Shown here in pieces: positions 15,291 through 17,387 of a DNA stretch of 17,387 nt. The stretch is from an uncultured archaeon (GTDB lineage Archaea; Asgardarchaeota; Lokiarchaeia; Sigyniarchaeales; SOKP01). How positions within the stretch are numbered: position 1 is the stretch's first letter; every line of letters starts with the position of its first letter. The DNA lies in assembly GCA_964508365.1 (NCBI GenBank), contig CAZDTP010000069.1, positions 1 through 17,387 on the forward strand. Reading direction: 5' to 3'. Below the pieces are notes generated by a model. The model searched no databases, was not told where the DNA came from, and saw only the letters and a program-made list of their open reading frames with translations. A program made the position numbers and the translations under genes.

Positions 15291-16292
15291 TTGAACGAAA
15301 TAGTATTAAAAATAGACAACTTAAGTAAGAAGTTTAAACAATTTGTTGCAGTTAATAATGTAAGTCTTGAGGTTAACAAAGGGGAGACGGTGGGATTTGT
15401 CGGTCCAAATGGAGCTGGTAAAACAACAACTATAAAATTAATCGCAAAACTATTAAAACCCACTTCTGGAAATGTCTTAATAAAAAATATGGGGGGAGAT
15501 TTACAGGATATACGCATAAATTCGCAGGATCTCGTCTCAATGGGCTTTTTAATCGACATTCCCGTGTTTTACGATTCAACTCCTTATGTTTTATTAAAAC
15601 ATTACGCTCAACTTCACAAATACCCAAAAAATAAAATAGATCAACGAATTGACGAATTGCTTTATTTTTTTGATTTAGCAAATTGGAAAAAAAAAAGGAT
15701 AAAAAAATTTTCGAAAGGCATGAAACAAAAACTAGGATTTATACAAGCTATCATTCACGAACCAGAGATTATATTCTTAGACGAGCCTCAAACGGGGTTA
15801 GATCCAAAGGCTCGAATCAAAATTCGCCAATATTTGATGACTCTCAAAGAACAAAAAAAAACGATCTTTATAGCATCGCATATGCTACGAGAGATATCAG
15901 AAATATGCGAGAAAATTGCGTTTATAAACAACGGAGAAATTATTAAATTTGATCGAATCGAAAATATGGAAAAAGTGCTTAAAACAAGCGAAATTGTGTG
16001 CCAACTTCTTGAGCCAATTCCAAAAGAAAGATTTGAGCTGGTCGAGAAAAAACTTAACGAAAAATTAGCTCCGTATTTGGATAAAAATATTGATCCTACG
16101 ATTGTAGAATCGCCCGTGCAATATCAACCCTCAAGCAAGAATCTTACCATCTACTACGATGGGAGACTTGAATCTAAAGGAGAGATTTTTAAAATTTTAG
16201 GAAAAGATTTCGATTCAGAGTTTACCGTAATATCGTTTTCACAATCAAAAACATCGCTCTTAGAAAAACTATACTTAGAAAAAATTAAATAA
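15291..16292 (+). CDS. ABC transporter ATP-binding protein (ABC-2/CcmA-like exporter)
   Basis: Walker A GPNGAGKTT, signature FSKGMKQK, Walker B IIFLDEP and H-loop ASH. The ORF track starts at TTG 15234; the in-frame TTG 15291 gives a typical N-terminus (NEIVLKIDNLSKKF). Confidence 0.93.
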   Translation: MNEIVLKIDNLSKKFKQFVAVNNVSLEVNKGETVGFVGPNGAGKTTTIKLIAKLLKPTSGNVLIKNMGGDLQDIRINSQDLVSMGFLIDIPVFYDSTPYVLLKHYAQLHKYPKNKIDQRIDELLYFFDLANWKKKRIKKFSKGMKQKLGFIQAIIHEPEIIFLDEPQTGLDPKARIKIRQYLMTLKEQKKTIFIASHMLREISEICEKIAFINNGEIIKFDRIENMEKVLKTSEIVCQLLEPIPKERFELVEKKLNEKLAPYLDKNIDPTIVESPVQYQPSSKNLTIYYDGRLESKGEIFKILGKDFDSEFTVISFSQSKTSLLEKLYLEKIK

Positions 16293-16317
16293 GAATAAGA
16301 TAAAACGGGAACAAGAA

Positions 16318-17139
16318 ATGGATAAAAGAATAGTAAGAGAGAAAAAAAAGAACTTCAATCCATTCCTAAGGACATATTTGTTGGAACTTAGGTTGCGATG
16401 GAAGAGAGTTTTATTTTTTAGTATCATTTCTGTTGTTTATGTGCTTTTATTTTCGTTTTTTTATCCTTATCATTTTGATGAGGGTCAATTTTTTCGATAT
16501 GAACTTGATTTTTTTAGGTTTTTTATTCTATTCGTTTCGTGTTTCTTTTTCTCTGACATCGTGTGCTCAGAATTCGATAAGAAAACGGGGTATATTCTGT
16601 TTCCGAAAATTAATAAAAATAAATTAATAGGAGGAAAATACCTCGCCAATTTAAGTATTATTATTCTTTTAGTGATAATACATTATTTGATGTTGGATAT
16701 CTCTGTAGTGGTTATTTACGACACCGTAATCCCAGAATCGTTTATTTCGCTTGGAATAGCTATTTTCTATACAATAACTCTAAGCGCTTTAATATTGTTA
16801 TTTAGCACAATTATGCCGAAAGCAAATTTAACCACTATCGTTGTCATTTTGATATATCTTGTAGGATTTCTGGTCCTCGAGCAAGTTTTAACAGCAATAA
16901 ATCAAGAAATAGAGCCCATTTTTTCGTTAAATTATATAGGAAATTTAATAAATTTTATCATCCCAGGGGGTCTACTTGAGGGTCAACGGTGGATGTGGGT
17001 GTATTACGCAGGAGACGTACTTCCTCCCGTAAAAGTTTGGCGTACGCCAACCATCGAAGTGGGGATTTTGATTATGAGCCTCTATACAGCGTTGTCGTTT
17101 TTTTTTATATTCTTAGCCCTTAAAAAAAAGGAATTATAG
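16318..17139 (+). CDS. ABC-2 type transporter permease
   Basis: About 6 TM segments, an ABC-2 loop motif SEFDKKTG...PK...LIGGKYLA, and a position 25 nt after the ATPase. Confidence 0.88.
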   Translation: MDKRIVREKKKNFNPFLRTYLLELRLRWKRVLFFSIISVVYVLLFSFFYPYHFDEGQFFRYELDFFRFFILFVSCFFFSDIVCSEFDKKTGYILFPKINKNKLIGGKYLANLSIIILLVIIHYLMLDISVVVIYDTVIPESFISLGIAIFYTITLSALILLFSTIMPKANLTTIVVILIYLVGFLVLEQVLTAINQEIEPIFSLNYIGNLINFIIPGGLLEGQRWMWVYYAGDVLPPVKVWRTPTIEVGILIMSLYTALSFFFIFLALKKKEL

Positions 17140-17251
17140 ATTTCGAACTAACTGGTTGGAACAATTTCAACCTATTAAACGAGGAGCTATACTTCTATAT
17201 GACGATAAAGAGAACAGCTTAGGTATAAAAATGAGTAACATCAACGCTCCG

Positions 17252-17350
17252 AAAATTCACTCCCACCATGGCGACTCGGGCGCGTCCGCTCCGAAGGGGC
17301 AGTAGGACGCCAAGCCACGCTAAGCGCCAATACCAAAGTCGAATTTTTAA
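17252..17350. repeat. GC-rich palindromic dispersed element, copy 2
   Basis: Same orientation as copy 1, differing by 5 substitutions and 7 nt of deletion in my manual alignment. Its ends AAAATTC-ACT and AGTCGAATTTT form an imperfect inverted repeat. Confidence 0.92.
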
Positions 17351-17387
17351 AGGAGCAACGGTTGTGAAATGATATTTATGAATGAAA

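Noticed and set aside
128-16627. Short alternative-frame ORFs in the track: 128-334, 3222-3533, 4383-4571, 4829-5026, 4866-5060, 5498-5731, 7030-7251, 7486-7677, 8582-8869, 10525-10728, 14538-14819, 15254-15559, 15430-15681, 15683-15946 and 16433-16627
   Set aside because: They overlap well-supported genes, mostly antisense or out of frame, and have no recognisable motifs. I treat them as shadow ORFs.
13004-17350. The two repeats as a CRISPR array or integron attC sites
   Set aside because: There are only two copies, about 100 bp long and 4.25 kb apart. Copy 1 has an RYYYAAC-like ACTCAAC upstream, but no matching GTTRRRY sits at a conserved position. The intervening DNA holds four genes on both strands, and no integron integrase is visible.
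17378-17387. Possible start of a further plus-strand gene (ATG AAT GAA...) at the window end
   Set aside because: Only three codons are visible, which is not enough to call a gene.

Overview
AT-rich window that looks archaeal and is most plausibly Asgard/Lokiarchaeia-like. That placement is an inference from the TFIIB/TFB-type cyclin repeats, the HdrA-MvhD fusion, the GGTGA/GTGAGG-type ribosome-binding sites and oligo-T terminators. The left part (1-8150) is metabolic or housekeeping: bacterial-type class I aldolase FbaB, a winged-helix regulator, DUF711, an HdrA-MvhD fusion, a GH4 glycosidase and a YkgJ-family protein. The right part (8190-17387) looks accessory. Its main feature is a 784-aa protein with about four TFIIB-like cyclin boxes fused to a PD-(D/E)xK nuclease. 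Two small Zn-ribbon genes precede it, and a 50-aa AbrB-like gene missed by the ORF track lies divergently across an intergenic region rich in TATAC repeats. Two near-identical GC-rich hairpin elements of about 100-130 bp (13004-13109 and 17252-17350) bracket a beta-helix membrane protein, an exported CxxCH-containing protein and an ABC-2 exporter. I found no rRNA, tRNA, CRISPR array, integrase or transposase. All family assignments come from motif recognition by eye; no searches were run.
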